Made by a program: the position numbers and the translations under genes | Assembly (NCBI GenBank): GCA_016207275.1 | Contig: JACQPY010000013.1 | Coordinates: 20,285-84,284, forward strand | Source of the DNA: Candidatus Kerfeldbacteria bacterium | Lineage (GTDB): Bacteria > Patescibacteriota > Patescibacteriia > SBBC01 | Length of the DNA: 64,000 bases | Direction of reading: 5' to 3' | Shown: positions 15,969-26,315 of the stretch, piece after piece | Position numbering within the stretch: position 1 is the first letter of the stretch | How the letters are laid out: every line of letters begins with the position of its first letter | The notes under the pieces: model-generated | Seen by the model: only the letters and a program-made list of their open reading frames with translations | Told to the model about the DNA's origin: nothing | Database searches by the model: none

Positions 15969-16949
15969 ATGGCATTCATTGATGAACTGACCCTTGAGCT
16001 CAAAGCTGGCGACGGCGGCGACGGCGTGGTGCGCTGGCGGCGGGAAAAGTTTGTGCCGAAAGGCGGGCCGGCCGGCGGTAATGGCGGGCAGGGTGGCGAT
16101 GTCTACCTTGAAGCCGTCAGTGACATTACCATGTTGGCTCGGTACAAAGGTAAGAAGCGTTTGGTGGCCGCGGACGGCGGCGACGGCGGCAGCGCCCAGA
16201 AGCACGGTCAAAACGGCGCCGATCTGGTGGTTCAAGTTCCCGTCGGTTCGTTCGTCCGTAATCAGAACACGACGCAGGAATTCGATTTGACGAATAAAGA
16301 ACAGCGCCTGCTGGTGCTACGCGGCGGCCGCGGCGGCCGCGGCAACGTGGCGTTCAAAAGTCCGACCCGGACCGCGCCGGATTTTTCGACCGACGGCCAG
16401 CCCGGACAAGCCGGAACGTTCGTGATCGAGTTGCGACTGGTCGTCGATGTCGGTTTGATCGGACTGCCGAACGCCGGCAAGTCCAGCTTACTCAATGAGC
16501 TTACGGCGGCGCGGGCAAAAATTGGCGCCTATCCGTTTACCACGCTGGAACCGAACCTCGGCATGCTCGACGGTCTGATCCTGGCCGACATCCCTGGTTT
16601 GATCGAGGGGGCGGCCCGAGGCAAAGGTCTGGGCACGAAGTTTCTTCGGCACATTGAGCGGACGCGCCTTTTGGCCCATTGTGTCTCGATCGAGCACCAG
16701 AATGTTCGGCAAGCCTACCACACGGTGCGGCGCGAGCTGCGGGCCTACGGTCGAGGCCTGGATCAGAAATCAGAGATCATCATCCTCACCAAGACCGACC
16801 TGGCTACGACTGAACAGGTAGTCACCGCTGGCCGGGCCTTGGCGGCCGTCAATCCCCGCATTCTGACCTGCTCGATTCATGACCACGAGAGCCTGCTGGC
16901 GTTAACGACGGAGCTGCAGCGTGGCGCTCGGTCCAGCGTTCGATTGTGA
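15969..16949 (+). CDS. obgE: GTPase Obg/CgtA
   Basis: AGDGGDG, GLPNAGKSS, YPFTTLEPNLG, DIPGLIEGA, TKTD. Confidence 0.95.
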   Translation: MAFIDELTLELKAGDGGDGVVRWRREKFVPKGGPAGGNGGQGGDVYLEAVSDITMLARYKGKKRLVAADGGDGGSAQKHGQNGADLVVQVPVGSFVRNQNTTQEFDLTNKEQRLLVLRGGRGGRGNVAFKSPTRTAPDFSTDGQPGQAGTFVIELRLVVDVGLIGLPNAGKSSLLNELTAARAKIGAYPFTTLEPNLGMLDGLILADIPGLIEGAARGKGLGTKFLRHIERTRLLAHCVSIEHQNVRQAYHTVRRELRAYGRGLDQKSEIIILTKTDLATTEQVVTAGRALAAVNPRILTCSIHDHESLLALTTELQRGARSSVRL

Positions 16950-16998
16950 TGCCGCGGACGCTGTGCTAGAGTACTCTCACCGTTTCCTCGGTCTGGTC

Positions 16999-17946
16999 AT
17001 GGAGAAACACCGGAAGATCATTATCGTCGGTTCTGGACCGGCTGGCCTAACCGCCGCCATTTACACGGCCCGGGCACAGCTCGATCCGTTCGTGATCGCC
17101 GGCTTGCAGGCCGGCGGTCAGCTGATGCTGACCACCGATGTCGGCAACTACCCTGGTTTCCCCAAAGACATCCTTGGTCCGGACCTGATGCAGCTGATGC
17201 GCGAGCAGGCGATTCGCTTTGGCACGATGATGATCGATGCCGATGTGACGGCAGTTGACTTTTCGAAACGACCGTTGGCCGTGACGGTCAACGGCGGCGA
17301 CCGCTACACGGCAGACTGCGTCATTATTGCCACGGGCGCCACGGCCAAATGGCTCGAACTGCCTTCCGAGCAACGGTTGCGCGGCAAGGGCGTCTCGTCC
17401 TGCGCCACCTGCGACGCTTTCTTTTTTAAAGGCAAGGACGTGGCCGTGGTCGGCGGCGGGGACACGGCCATGGAGGACGGGACGTTCTTGACCAAGTTTG
17501 CCAGCCACGTCACCATCATCGTGCGCGGGTCGCAACTGCGGGCCAGCCAGATCATGGCCGACCGCGCGCAGGCAAATAAAAAAATAAGCTTTCGTTTCAA
17601 TACGAGCGTGACCGAGGTACTTGGAGAAACGAGCGTGATCGGTCTACGCATAAAAGATGCAACGCCGGGCGCGGAAAAAAAAGAAGAGCTCAAGGTCCAA
17701 GGTCTATTCGTCGCGATCGGACATGTACCCAACACCGACGTCTTCCGCGGGCACGTCGAGCTCGATGCCAAGGGGTACTTGGTGGTCAAAAATCAGACCA
17801 GGACGAGCGTGCCGGGCGTCTTTGCCTGCGGCGACGTCCAGGATTACCGTTACCGACAGGCGGTGACCGCGGCTGGTTCGGGGTGCATGGCTGCGCTTGA
17901 CGCCGAAGCCTTTTTGCACCAGCCGCGAATTGACGAGCACGTTTGA
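16999..17946 (+). CDS. trxB: Thioredoxin-disulfide reductase
   Basis: GSGPAG, CATCD, GGGDTAME, GDVQD. Confidence 0.95.
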   Translation: MEKHRKIIIVGSGPAGLTAAIYTARAQLDPFVIAGLQAGGQLMLTTDVGNYPGFPKDILGPDLMQLMREQAIRFGTMMIDADVTAVDFSKRPLAVTVNGGDRYTADCVIIATGATAKWLELPSEQRLRGKGVSSCATCDAFFFKGKDVAVVGGGDTAMEDGTFLTKFASHVTIIVRGSQLRASQIMADRAQANKKISFRFNTSVTEVLGETSVIGLRIKDATPGAEKKEELKVQGLFVAIGHVPNTDVFRGHVELDAKGYLVVKNQTRTSVPGVFACGDVQDYRYRQAVTAAGSGCMAALDAEAFLHQPRIDEHV

Positions 17947-18247
17947 CCGCCAGACATTGCCCTTGACGGGGGAATTTTTTTATTGTTGAACTGGCGCTAG
18001 CCTTAGCCGACGAAAACCTTGGCTGAACAGAAATTCAAACGACAATCCACAGCCCGACCCTTGACCGCCCGTTCGGCGATGCTACGCTTCGTGGTGGAGG
18101 TTCGTGTCCGTCTGTCGCTGGCACCACACCAAGCAACGTGCCTACCTGACCGGCGGCATCAAGGAAATTCCCGCCGGCGGGAATCGGTCTGGCCAGAACG
18201 GCGACGAACTCCGACTTCCGCTCGGTCCATCACGGAAAGGAGGCCGT

Positions 18248-18427
18248 ATGAAGACCAAGGACGACCTCCTCCGCGAACTCGATCTCGAGGAGATGCAGCA
18301 GTTCCTCCTCGTGGCAATCCCGCAGAAGCGAACCTGCGTCATCTGCGGGAGGGAAACCTGGCGGCCGCGCTACTGTAGCCGGCACGATATACGCCAGCGT
18401 TTCCGGGCACAGCGGAGTGACCGGTAA
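18248..18427 (+). CDS. Small putative Zn-finger protein (may start at GTG 18104)
   Basis: AAGGAGG then ATG; CVICG...CSRH; long hairpin follows at about 18450-18492. Confidence 0.5.
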   Translation: MKTKDDLLRELDLEEMQQFLLVAIPQKRTCVICGRETWRPRYCSRHDIRQRFRAQRSDR

Positions 18428-18564
18428 CGGTCGAACCTGCTGCACATACGCAATGAGAGTCCGCATGAGGTTGTGAGCGGGCTCTTGTTGCGCTTGCGAA
18501 TAGCTACGAATAAAAGCGAATGATGCAATTTTTTTGTTGACCTCGCAGCTTTATTAGAAAGTCC

Positions 18565-18823
18565 CCCCTCCTACCTCCCCGCCGCCAGGCGGCACCCCTC
18601 CAAAACTTTGGAGGGGGGCGGTAGGAGGGGAACGAGGGGTGGTACTGAAAGTAAAACCGCCACCCTGATCGTCGGCGCTGCGGACGCGACGGATTTTTAA
18701 ATGCAGCACGGCTGAAAGCCGCGCTGCATTGAGGGTGAATGCGCTAACTTTTTTAACTCCCAGGGCTTGGTGACAAAATGCCCCTCCTCGATTGAGGAGG
18801 GGCGGAGCGAAGCGAGGGGTGGT
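18565..18823. repeat. Two CCCCTCC...GGAGGGG hairpins, each followed by CGAGGGGTGGT
   Basis: 18565-18643 (with nested hairpins) and 18781-18823. Confidence 0.7.
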
Positions 18824-18880
18824 GGTGAATCGTAAAACGTTGCGACCTTCGAACCCGTACAGCTGGAAAAATCCTTGAGT

Positions 18881-19207
18881 TTAGGCAAAACGACTGAGTA
18901 ACACCAGCGAAACAACTGCTGCGATGATGCCGACAATCTCGTATCCATTTAACTTCTCATGGAAGTAGAAAACACTAATCGCGACGAGAAATAAAACTGT
19001 AGTGAGCGCATAAATGACCCCAAGTGAAGAAAGTTTAATATGTTTCATTACATAGAACCATCCAAACGCTGTCGACGCGTAGATGATAAATCCGATCGTA
19101 AACCATTTGATTTCGATGAACCTTGGTCCATGACCGGCGATCTTAATAAAGAAGTCGCCAATGACACCGACTACGGCCAATAATGCAACAATCATGATCG
19201 GATTCAT
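18881..19207 (-). CDS. SMR/EamA-type small membrane transporter
   Basis: Four TM helices; FFIK, YFHEKLN motifs; low GC. Confidence 0.75.
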   Translation of the reverse strand: MNPIMIVALLAVVGVIGDFFIKIAGHGPRFIEIKWFTIGFIIYASTAFGWFYVMKHIKLSSLGVIYALTTVLFLVAISVFYFHEKLNGYEIVGIIAAVVSLVLLSRFA

Positions 19208-19667
19208 TTTTTTGCCTTCAGAATAAAGCATATCATTAATTTCGCATTTTGACTTTCCAAAAAGACGTTTCGAGCCAACTGACTGTCGCTATTTTCCATT
19301 AACTCTCCGAGATCCTCGCCTCATTTAGAGTAAGCAAAACCGCCGCAACATGAGGTCGAGGCGGGTGATGGACAGCGCTTTACGATTCAGTGGCTGTCCG
19401 GGGACCATTTGTACAGAACCATTCTTACGACGGGATCGGCAAGTTCTCGGTGTAGCATCCGTACTCGCCGCGTCGGTTCTTCTTCCAAACTACGACGCCC
19501 TCGGTATTTCCAGGAAGTCTAGTGCGGACGTTGCCAATGCTGCGGCAACAATTAAGGCGTAAGCTGCTTAGACTCTAATTGCTGCCGCAGAAAAACTGTA
19601 ACGAACAAAACAAGTCAGGCTATCACAAGGGCAAGCAATTGTCAAGACCTTATGCTACACTGGTACT

Positions 19668-20909
19668 ATGCCAAAGGTTTTCACGGTGTCGCAGTTCGTC
19701 GAGGCGGTGCGGGGGTTATTGCGAGAAACGTTGCCCCTGGTTACAGTCCAGGGCGAAGTCACCGGCTATCAACGTTCGAGCAGCCAGTACGTTTTCTTTG
19801 AATTGAAAGACGAACGGTCGCGGGTGAAGTGTTTTCACCTGCAACACGAGGTGCGGACCAGCCTGGAAGACGGAATGGAGGTGAAGATCACCGGTTGGCC
19901 GTCGCTGTTTGTCAAATCCGGCGGTTTTCACCTGCGAGTTACGGACGTAGAACTGGTGGGCGAAGGGGCGCTGCGCAAAGCTTTTGAAGAGACCAAAAAA
20001 CGTCTTGAACGGGAAGGTCTGTTTCGTCCGGAACGAAAACGATCGCTCCCACGTTTTCCGGAAAGCATCGGGCTGGTTACCTCACGGGAGGCGGCCGCCT
20101 ACACCGATGTGCTGCGTATTCTCCGCAACCGCTGGCCGTTGGTCAAGGTCAAATTTGTTCACGTTAAGGTCCAGGGAGCCGGGGCAGTCCGCGAGATCGT
20201 CAAAGCCATCGAACTCTTTTCCGCACAGGCCAGGGTTGAACTGCTGATCGTCACGCGCGGCGGCGGGTCGCTCGAAGACTTACAAGCCTTCAATGACGAA
20301 GGCGTCGCCCGCGCCATTTTTGCCTCGCCGCTGCCAGTGGTGGTGGGCGTTGGCCATGAACGCGACGTGACGATTGCGGACTACGTGGCTGACGTCCGCG
20401 CCTCGACACCCTCCAACGCCGCCGAACGGGTAGTGCCGGACCGAACCGAGGTGCTGCACCGTCTCGAGGTGATGGCCGGCCGGACGGCCCGGGCAGTGGC
20501 CGGAACGATCGAAGTCGAGACCGGCCTCGTCCGCGAGCTGACCGAGCGAATGAGTCGGACGGTCGAAGAGCGAACTGCTCGCGTCCGGTTGCGGCTGACG
20601 AGGTTCAGCGGGCTGGCCGGGACCATGGTTGAACGGACGGGTCGGTTGATGGCCGAACTCGACCATCTCGTTAGCCGCCTCGGCCACCGCTTCAGCCAAC
20701 GTCTGGCCGACGCCCGCGCCGGGGTAACTACGCTGTCCACGCTCTTGCAGTCGCTGTCGCCACTGGCTATCCTGAAGCGTGGATACACCATCACCTTTCA
20801 GGCTGACGGTCGGGTCGTCAAGCGAAGCCGCCAGCTGGACACCGGCCAATCAATCCGGACCCGATTCGGCCAGGGTGAGGCTCGGTCAACCGTAACCTCG
20901 ACGTCATGA
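19668..20909 (+). CDS. xseA: Exodeoxyribonuclease VII large subunit
   Basis: VQGEV, RGGGSLEDL..FNDE, GVGHERD, STPSNAAE, LKRGY. Confidence 0.95.
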   Translation: MPKVFTVSQFVEAVRGLLRETLPLVTVQGEVTGYQRSSSQYVFFELKDERSRVKCFHLQHEVRTSLEDGMEVKITGWPSLFVKSGGFHLRVTDVELVGEGALRKAFEETKKRLEREGLFRPERKRSLPRFPESIGLVTSREAAAYTDVLRILRNRWPLVKVKFVHVKVQGAGAVREIVKAIELFSAQARVELLIVTRGGGSLEDLQAFNDEGVARAIFASPLPVVVGVGHERDVTIADYVADVRASTPSNAAERVVPDRTEVLHRLEVMAGRTARAVAGTIEVETGLVRELTERMSRTVEERTARVRLRLTRFSGLAGTMVERTGRLMAELDHLVSRLGHRFSQRLADARAGVTTLSTLLQSLSPLAILKRGYTITFQADGRVVKRSRQLDTGQSIRTRFGQGEARSTVTSTS

Positions 20910-21163
20910 ATCCCGCGAAGCCCTCCAAAAAGCAACGCTCGTTCGGCGAAGCCTTTGCCGAACTGGAAAAAATCACCGATGAGCTCGAAGGTAATGCCCT
21001 CGACCTTGATCAGGCCATTGCCAAGTTTGAGCGCGGGCTGGAGCTATCGCAGCAGCTGAAGTTGAAACTGCGCAACGTCGAGCAGCGGGTGAAAAAAATT
21101 CGACAGAAGTTTGACGGCGCTGAGATGCCGACCGGTTTGGACGAAGATACTCCTGAATCGTGA
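20906..21163 (+). CDS. xseB: Exodeoxyribonuclease VII small subunit
   Basis: SFGEAFAELEKI..LDQAIAKFERG; overlaps xseA. Confidence 0.92.
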   Translation: MNPAKPSKKQRSFGEAFAELEKITDELEGNALDLDQAIAKFERGLELSQQLKLKLRNVEQRVKKIRQKFDGAEMPTGLDEDTPES

Positions 21164-21287
21164 GGTCCCGGATGGACCGGTTTTGGGCTGGACGTATTGG
21201 TCAGCTACTTCGTCGGCCGTCGCGTTTGAGTGTCGGCACGGTTGTGGTAAACTGTACGTCTAAGCTGCGGTAACCAACACATTTTTT

Positions 21288-22259
21288 ATGGCTCTGACCG
21301 TTGAACAGATTCACCGCTTGGCCGTTGATCGTGGCATGAAAAGCGACCTACGCGGCGTGGCCGCAGTCAAGCGGCACCTGCACCGAATCAAGCAGCGCTA
21401 CGATAAACTCTCGCCAGAGGAAAAAGCTGAGTTTGATCGTGAGGACCTGTGGAATCCGTACGCGGATACCCGCGTCTATACCGGGGACTTGAAAAAGCCG
21501 GTCAAGCGCGTGGCCGTGGGAATTGACGTGGAGACGGCGGAAATTCTGCTGGCTCACGAGTTGTCCGAGAAAAAACCAATTGATCTGGTCATTACCCACC
21601 ATCCGGTCGGCATCGCGCTCTCCGGGTTACACGAAGTGATGCACCTGCAAGCCGAGGTGTTGGCCAAGTACGGCGTGCCGATTAACGTTGCTCAAGGGTT
21701 GCTCCACGTGCGGATTGACGAAGTCAGCCGTCGCGTCTCTCCGATCAACCACCAGCGTGACGTGGACGCCGCGCGGCTGCTGGGGCTGGCCTACATGTCC
21801 GCCCACACCACGTCGGACAACATGGTGGCCTCGTTTTTAGACCGCTTGGTCAAGCGGAACCAGAAGAAGCTGGAGTTGGTAAGCGACGTGTTGAAGTTGC
21901 TGAAAACTATCCCCGAGTATCGCCAAGCCACTACCTGGAAGGCCGGGCCAACGCTATTCGCCGGTCGTCCTGATCGGTTTGCCGGCAAGATTGCGCTGAC
22001 TGAGCTGACCGGCGGCACCGAAGGTTCGCCCGAGATCTACCATCGGCTGGCGCAAGCTGGTATTGGCACCGTCATTGGCATGCACATGTCGGAGAAACAC
22101 AAGGAACAAGCGGAGAAAGCGCATATTAACGCAATCATTGCCGGTCACATGTCGTCTGACTCGATTGGCATGAACCTGTTTGCTGATCAGCTCGAGCGGC
22201 GAGGAATCGAGGTCGTTCCGTTTGCTGGTTTTATCCGCGTCAAGCGCCGGCGGTCGTAA
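21288..22259 (+). CDS. NIF3/NGG1p-interacting factor-like protein
   Basis: VITHHP, HTTSDN, GMHMSE, AGHMSSDSIG. Confidence 0.8.
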   Translation: MALTVEQIHRLAVDRGMKSDLRGVAAVKRHLHRIKQRYDKLSPEEKAEFDREDLWNPYADTRVYTGDLKKPVKRVAVGIDVETAEILLAHELSEKKPIDLVITHHPVGIALSGLHEVMHLQAEVLAKYGVPINVAQGLLHVRIDEVSRRVSPINHQRDVDAARLLGLAYMSAHTTSDNMVASFLDRLVKRNQKKLELVSDVLKLLKTIPEYRQATTWKAGPTLFAGRPDRFAGKIALTELTGGTEGSPEIYHRLAQAGIGTVIGMHMSEKHKEQAEKAHINAIIAGHMSSDSIGMNLFADQLERRGIEVVPFAGFIRVKRRRS

Positions 22260-22261
22260 CT

Positions 22262-22948
22262 ATGCGCCTCAACTCCACGCTGCTCGTCCTGACCGGCGTC
22301 TTTGTCGTCGTTGGGTTGATCTTAGTGGTAGTGGTCGCCCGGCCGCGATCGTCGAACAACCGTCCGATCAATCAGTCGGCCGCGCCGGGCGAACCAGCCA
22401 CGATAGCCGAGGCCATCAGCTCGCTGACGCGTGTTACCCCGGTCACGCCCCCGGCTGACCGCGTCACCTTGATTGGCGGGACGTTGCTGACGGTTGAAAA
22501 CGCGGCGGTGCCTAAGCGTATTGAGCAGGAAGTGGGACTGCCGGTGGAGTCGCGGACAAAGGAAAATATGACGACCGTTGAAGGTCTGGCTGCGGCCACT
22601 CGCGTATTGACCAACCCGCCGAAGCTGATGGTGGTCGACTTGGGCCGGACTGATAGCGGCGCCGGACTGTCGGTCAGCGAAACGACGGCTGGTCTGGCGG
22701 CCCTGGCCGCCAAAGCGGCGCAGGCAGGCACCGTGCTGGTCGTCGTCAGTGGCGTGGGCGTGGATGGCAACGACCAGCTCGCGGCGATTATTAAAATTGC
22801 CGTTGGTTCACGGGCTCGGTTAGTCGACGCTTCGCCCTTGTTGCTCGATGCCAACTTCCGGGTCAATCCGAGTACGCTCAATGTCCGCGGCGTCGACGTT
22901 CTGGCCGCCCAGCTGGTGACCGTGCTCAAGGAACTCCGCGGCGCATGA
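22262..22948 (+). CDS. Membrane-anchored SGNH-fold-like protein, catalytic motifs absent
   Basis: N-terminal TM; VTLIGGTL, TTVEGL, MVVDLGRTD align to SGNH blocks. Confidence 0.5.
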   Translation: MRLNSTLLVLTGVFVVVGLILVVVVARPRSSNNRPINQSAAPGEPATIAEAISSLTRVTPVTPPADRVTLIGGTLLTVENAAVPKRIEQEVGLPVESRTKENMTTVEGLAAATRVLTNPPKLMVVDLGRTDSGAGLSVSETTAGLAALAAKAAQAGTVLVVVSGVGVDGNDQLAAIIKIAVGSRARLVDASPLLLDANFRVNPSTLNVRGVDVLAAQLVTVLKELRGA

Positions 22949-23286
22949 GTCTGTCCGTCGCTCAGGTACTTGACGCCCTCCGGAAGATCAAGGATCCTGA
23001 ACTCGGCCTCGACCTGGTCAGCTTGGGACTGATCTACGAGACGCGCTTGACTGACGGCCACGTGTACGTGCGGTGTACCTTGACGACCCCGGGTTGTCCG
23101 TTGATCAGTACCATCATTGAGGACGTTCGAGCGGCGATCGGCCGATTGCCGGGCGTAACAAACGTTAAGGTTGAGCTGACCTTTGACCCGCCGTGGACAC
23201 CGGATAAAATGAACGCCGAGGCCGCTGAACTGCTTGGGTTTGCCCGGGCGACGACCGCCACCGTGCCCGGTCGAAACGCGACATAA
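22945..23286 (+). CDS. DUF59/SufT-like metal-sulfur cluster assembly factor
   Basis: DPELGLDLVSLGLIY, TLTTPGCP, FDPPW. Confidence 0.9.
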   Translation: MSLSVAQVLDALRKIKDPELGLDLVSLGLIYETRLTDGHVYVRCTLTTPGCPLISTIIEDVRAAIGRLPGVTNVKVELTFDPPWTPDKMNAEAAELLGFARATTATVPGRNAT

Positions 23287-23315
23287 GCTATGATCGTAAT
23301 TAAAGGGAAAAAAGT

Positions 23316-23789
23316 ATGACGTTTCGTTCGATCGCGCTGTTCTTGATTGCGGGGATACTCGTGGTCGGAGCAGCCTGTACTAAAAAGCCCGCGTCCAACA
23401 CCACGGCCGAGAACGGACAAACCGTGATGGTCAACACGTCGGTCGACCAGGACCAAAACCAGCCGGTCGTTGACGCCACCAACAGTTCATCTTCGAGTGA
23501 CGTAACCGCCGCCCCGACGAGCGTCGCCGTCAGCGTTACCAGCACCGGTTTTTCACCGGCCACGGTGACGGTGGCCATCGGCGGAACGGTCACCTGGAAG
23601 AATGACGACTCGACGCGGCACCAACCGGCCAGTGATCCGCACCCCATCCACACTGGCCTGCCGGGCTTTGACGCCATCGGTGGGATTGGCCCGGGCGCCA
23701 CCTACCAGTTTACCTTTACTCGGGCCGGCACGTTCTCGTACCACGATCACTCCTTTCCGCTCCGCCAGGGACTCGTCATTGTCCAGTAG
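23316..23789 (+). CDS. Cupredoxin-domain lipoprotein
   Basis: GAAC lipobox-like; GFSPATVTV, SDPHPIH, GTFSYHDH. Confidence 0.8.
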   Translation: MTFRSIALFLIAGILVVGAACTKKPASNTTAENGQTVMVNTSVDQDQNQPVVDATNSSSSSDVTAAPTSVAVSVTSTGFSPATVTVAIGGTVTWKNDDSTRHQPASDPHPIHTGLPGFDAIGGIGPGATYQFTFTRAGTFSYHDHSFPLRQGLVIVQ

Positions 23790-23807
23790 CGGCCGAGGGT
23801 AACGTTT

Positions 23808-25073
23808 ATGGATCGCGGCTCGGCCAGGGGACAGCAGCATACGGACCGTCAACTGCTCGACGATGTAGTCAATCAAGCCCTGTTCGGGTCAGCCACCGAA
23901 CGAGCGGCGGCCCGTCGATCGATTCGAACGCAGGCCGCTGACGCCGGCGTTTGGCCAGCCTCGATCTGGTCGCTCTACCGCGCCCGCGCCGCCGGGGTAA
24001 TCGACGGTTTTACCGTGCCGGCGATGAACGTTCGAGGCTTAAGCTACGACTTGATCCGCGCCGTCATCCGGGCAAGCCAGCACCACCAGGTCGGCGCGTT
24101 TATCATTGAAATCGCTCGGTCGGAGATAAGCTACACGGGCCAACGGCCGGATGATGTGGTGGTCGCGGGGCTGGCCGCGGCGCTGCGCGAAAGGTACCGC
24201 GGACCGCTATTCTTCCAGGGCGACCACTACCAAGTGAACGTCGCGGCGGGCATTGATGAAGAGATCCGGAGGATCGAATCGTTAATTGACGAATCATTCC
24301 TGGCCGGTTTTTACAACCTTGACATTGACGCCTCAACCACGGTTGACCTTACCATGGCGGATCCGGCAGAGCAGCAGGCCCGTAACGTCGAGCTTACCGT
24401 CCACCTGACCAAGTACATCCGTCGTTATCAGCCGGTCAAGTGCACCATCGGCGGCGAAATCGGTAAAATCGGCGGCCGAGTCAGCAGGCGCGACGACCTC
24501 CGTGCCTTCATGACTGGCTATCGGCGAACGGTAGCGTTAGAAGAAGGGATCAGCAAGGTGGCAGTCCAAACGGGCACCCGCCACGGCGGCGTGCCTGATC
24601 GCAGCGGACGACCGACGGCCATGACGGTTGACTTTACGGCTCTGGCCGATTTGTCGCGGGTGGCTCGGTCTGAGTTCGGCCTGGCTGGGGTGGTCCAGCA
24701 CGGTGCTTCAACCCTGCCGCTTGAGCTGTTCGGTCGATTTTCGGATGCCGGCACGGCTGAGATTCACCTGTCGACCGAGTTTCAGAACATCATTTTTGAC
24801 CACCCCGCCTTTCCGGCCGAGCTGCGGTCAGCCATTGACAGCTACTGCTTCGAGCAGTTTGGTCAGGAGCGAGTGGTCGGTCAGACCGACGCCCAGTTTC
24901 TGTATACCCAGCGGAAACGAGCTTGGGGGCCGTTTCGACAGCAGCTGGCGAAGCTGCCCGGACCGATTAAACAGGCCCTGGGTCAGGCGCTCGAGGCCTG
25001 GGTGACATCACTGTTTGAGCGGTTGCGCGTGCTCGATACGCGGGCAGTGGTCGACCGCTACGTAACGCGCTAA
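23808..25073 (+). CDS. Class II fructose-bisphosphate aldolase-like protein
   Basis: VPAMN, QGDH, DIDAS, GEIG, TGTRHG, VQHGAST. Confidence 0.8.
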   Translation: MDRGSARGQQHTDRQLLDDVVNQALFGSATERAAARRSIRTQAADAGVWPASIWSLYRARAAGVIDGFTVPAMNVRGLSYDLIRAVIRASQHHQVGAFIIEIARSEISYTGQRPDDVVVAGLAAALRERYRGPLFFQGDHYQVNVAAGIDEEIRRIESLIDESFLAGFYNLDIDASTTVDLTMADPAEQQARNVELTVHLTKYIRRYQPVKCTIGGEIGKIGGRVSRRDDLRAFMTGYRRTVALEEGISKVAVQTGTRHGGVPDRSGRPTAMTVDFTALADLSRVARSEFGLAGVVQHGASTLPLELFGRFSDAGTAEIHLSTEFQNIIFDHPAFPAELRSAIDSYCFEQFGQERVVGQTDAQFLYTQRKRAWGPFRQQLAKLPGPIKQALGQALEAWVTSLFERLRVLDTRAVVDRYVTR

Positions 25074-25082
25074 ACTGCTGGT

Positions 25083-26069
25083 ATGTACGACGTCATTACC
25101 ATCGGCTCGGCTACCCGCGACGTGTTCATGCGCAGTCGGCACATCCGGATCATGAAAGATCCGACGTTTTCCACTGGTGAAGCCGAGTGTTTCGCCCTCG
25201 GTTCGAAAATCGATGTCGACTTCATTCTGTTCGATACCGGCGGCGGAGCGACCAATACCGCCGTTGGCTTCGCCCGGCAAGGGCTGCGCACCGCTTTTGT
25301 CGGTCGGATCGGACAGGCTGATGTTCGAGGCAAAGAAGTACTGCGGGCGATCGGACAGGAGGGTGTTGACACCTCGCTGGTGGTTCACGATCGTCAGGCG
25401 ATGACCGCGTACTCGGTTATTCTCCTGACTGAACGAGGCGAGCGGACCGTGCTCGTGTACCGCGGCGCCTCGGCTAAATTTAGGCCTGACGAGCTGCCGC
25501 GTTCAAAGCTGCGCGCCCGTTGGTTGTACGTCACGGCCCTCGGCGGCAGCGAACCCGTGATCCGCGCAGTATTTCGACAGGCGGCCAAGGTTAAGGCTAA
25601 GGTGGCTTGGAACCCCGGCGCGGCGGAACTGGCCTGGGGTTTCCGCCGACTGCAGCCGTACTTTCGGAAGTGTGCAGTGCTGTCGTTAAACCGGGAGGAG
25701 GCTTCAAGCCTGCTCAAGGTCGACTACGCGCACGACCGGATGGTGTTTGCCAAACTCTGTTTTGCCCTGCCCGGGCTGGTGTTGGTGACCGAAGGAACCA
25801 AGGGCGCGATTGTCTGCGATAACGAACGAAAATACGTCTCCGGCACGCACCAGATCAAGGTGGTGGACACGACTGGTGCCGGCGATGCCTTTGGTTGCGG
25901 GTTTGTCGGCGCCTACATCACGATGAACGGAGATATTCGGCGAGCGCTGCAGTTTGCCACGGCCAATTCCGAATCAGTACTCCGGCACGTCGGGGCCAAA
26001 GACGGCTTGCTGCGCCGGATGCCGCGGCGCGGGTTGGTTCGCGTTCAGGCTACCCGTTTCATGAACTAA
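25083..26069 (+). CDS. PfkB family carbohydrate kinase
   Basis: GGGATNTAVGFARQG, DTTGAGDAF. Confidence 0.9.
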   Translation: MYDVITIGSATRDVFMRSRHIRIMKDPTFSTGEAECFALGSKIDVDFILFDTGGGATNTAVGFARQGLRTAFVGRIGQADVRGKEVLRAIGQEGVDTSLVVHDRQAMTAYSVILLTERGERTVLVYRGASAKFRPDELPRSKLRARWLYVTALGGSEPVIRAVFRQAAKVKAKVAWNPGAAELAWGFRRLQPYFRKCAVLSLNREEASSLLKVDYAHDRMVFAKLCFALPGLVLVTEGTKGAIVCDNERKYVSGTHQIKVVDTTGAGDAFGCGFVGAYITMNGDIRRALQFATANSESVLRHVGAKDGLLRRMPRRGLVRVQATRFMN

Positions 26070-26206
26070 GGATTAATGTTGACGGCGAGGTTGACAGTCC
26101 GGCCTGCTGCGCGGTAGGCTAGACCCGTGCGGATCACTGAGTACAGCACGCTGCCCATTATCCGCCCGTTCCTCTTGACGGAGGTGCGGAAGCAGTAGGT
26201 GTGCGA

Positions 26207-26229
26207 AAACAGGGATCCCCCTGTTTTTT
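26207..26229 (+). terminator. Intrinsic terminator-like hairpin
   Basis: aaaacaggg-atcc-ccctgttttt. Confidence 0.6.
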
Positions 26230-26315
26230 CGGTTGCGGAGGGGTGTTCAATAAAATCCGCTCTACCGTTGTTGACAGTGCATTACGGCCAAGGCAGAACG
26301 CCTGGAGGTGAGGAC

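Noticed and set aside
19350-19562. Small ORF between the SMR-type gene and xseA
   Set aside because: No motif or initiation signal in either direction; at most a decayed fragment
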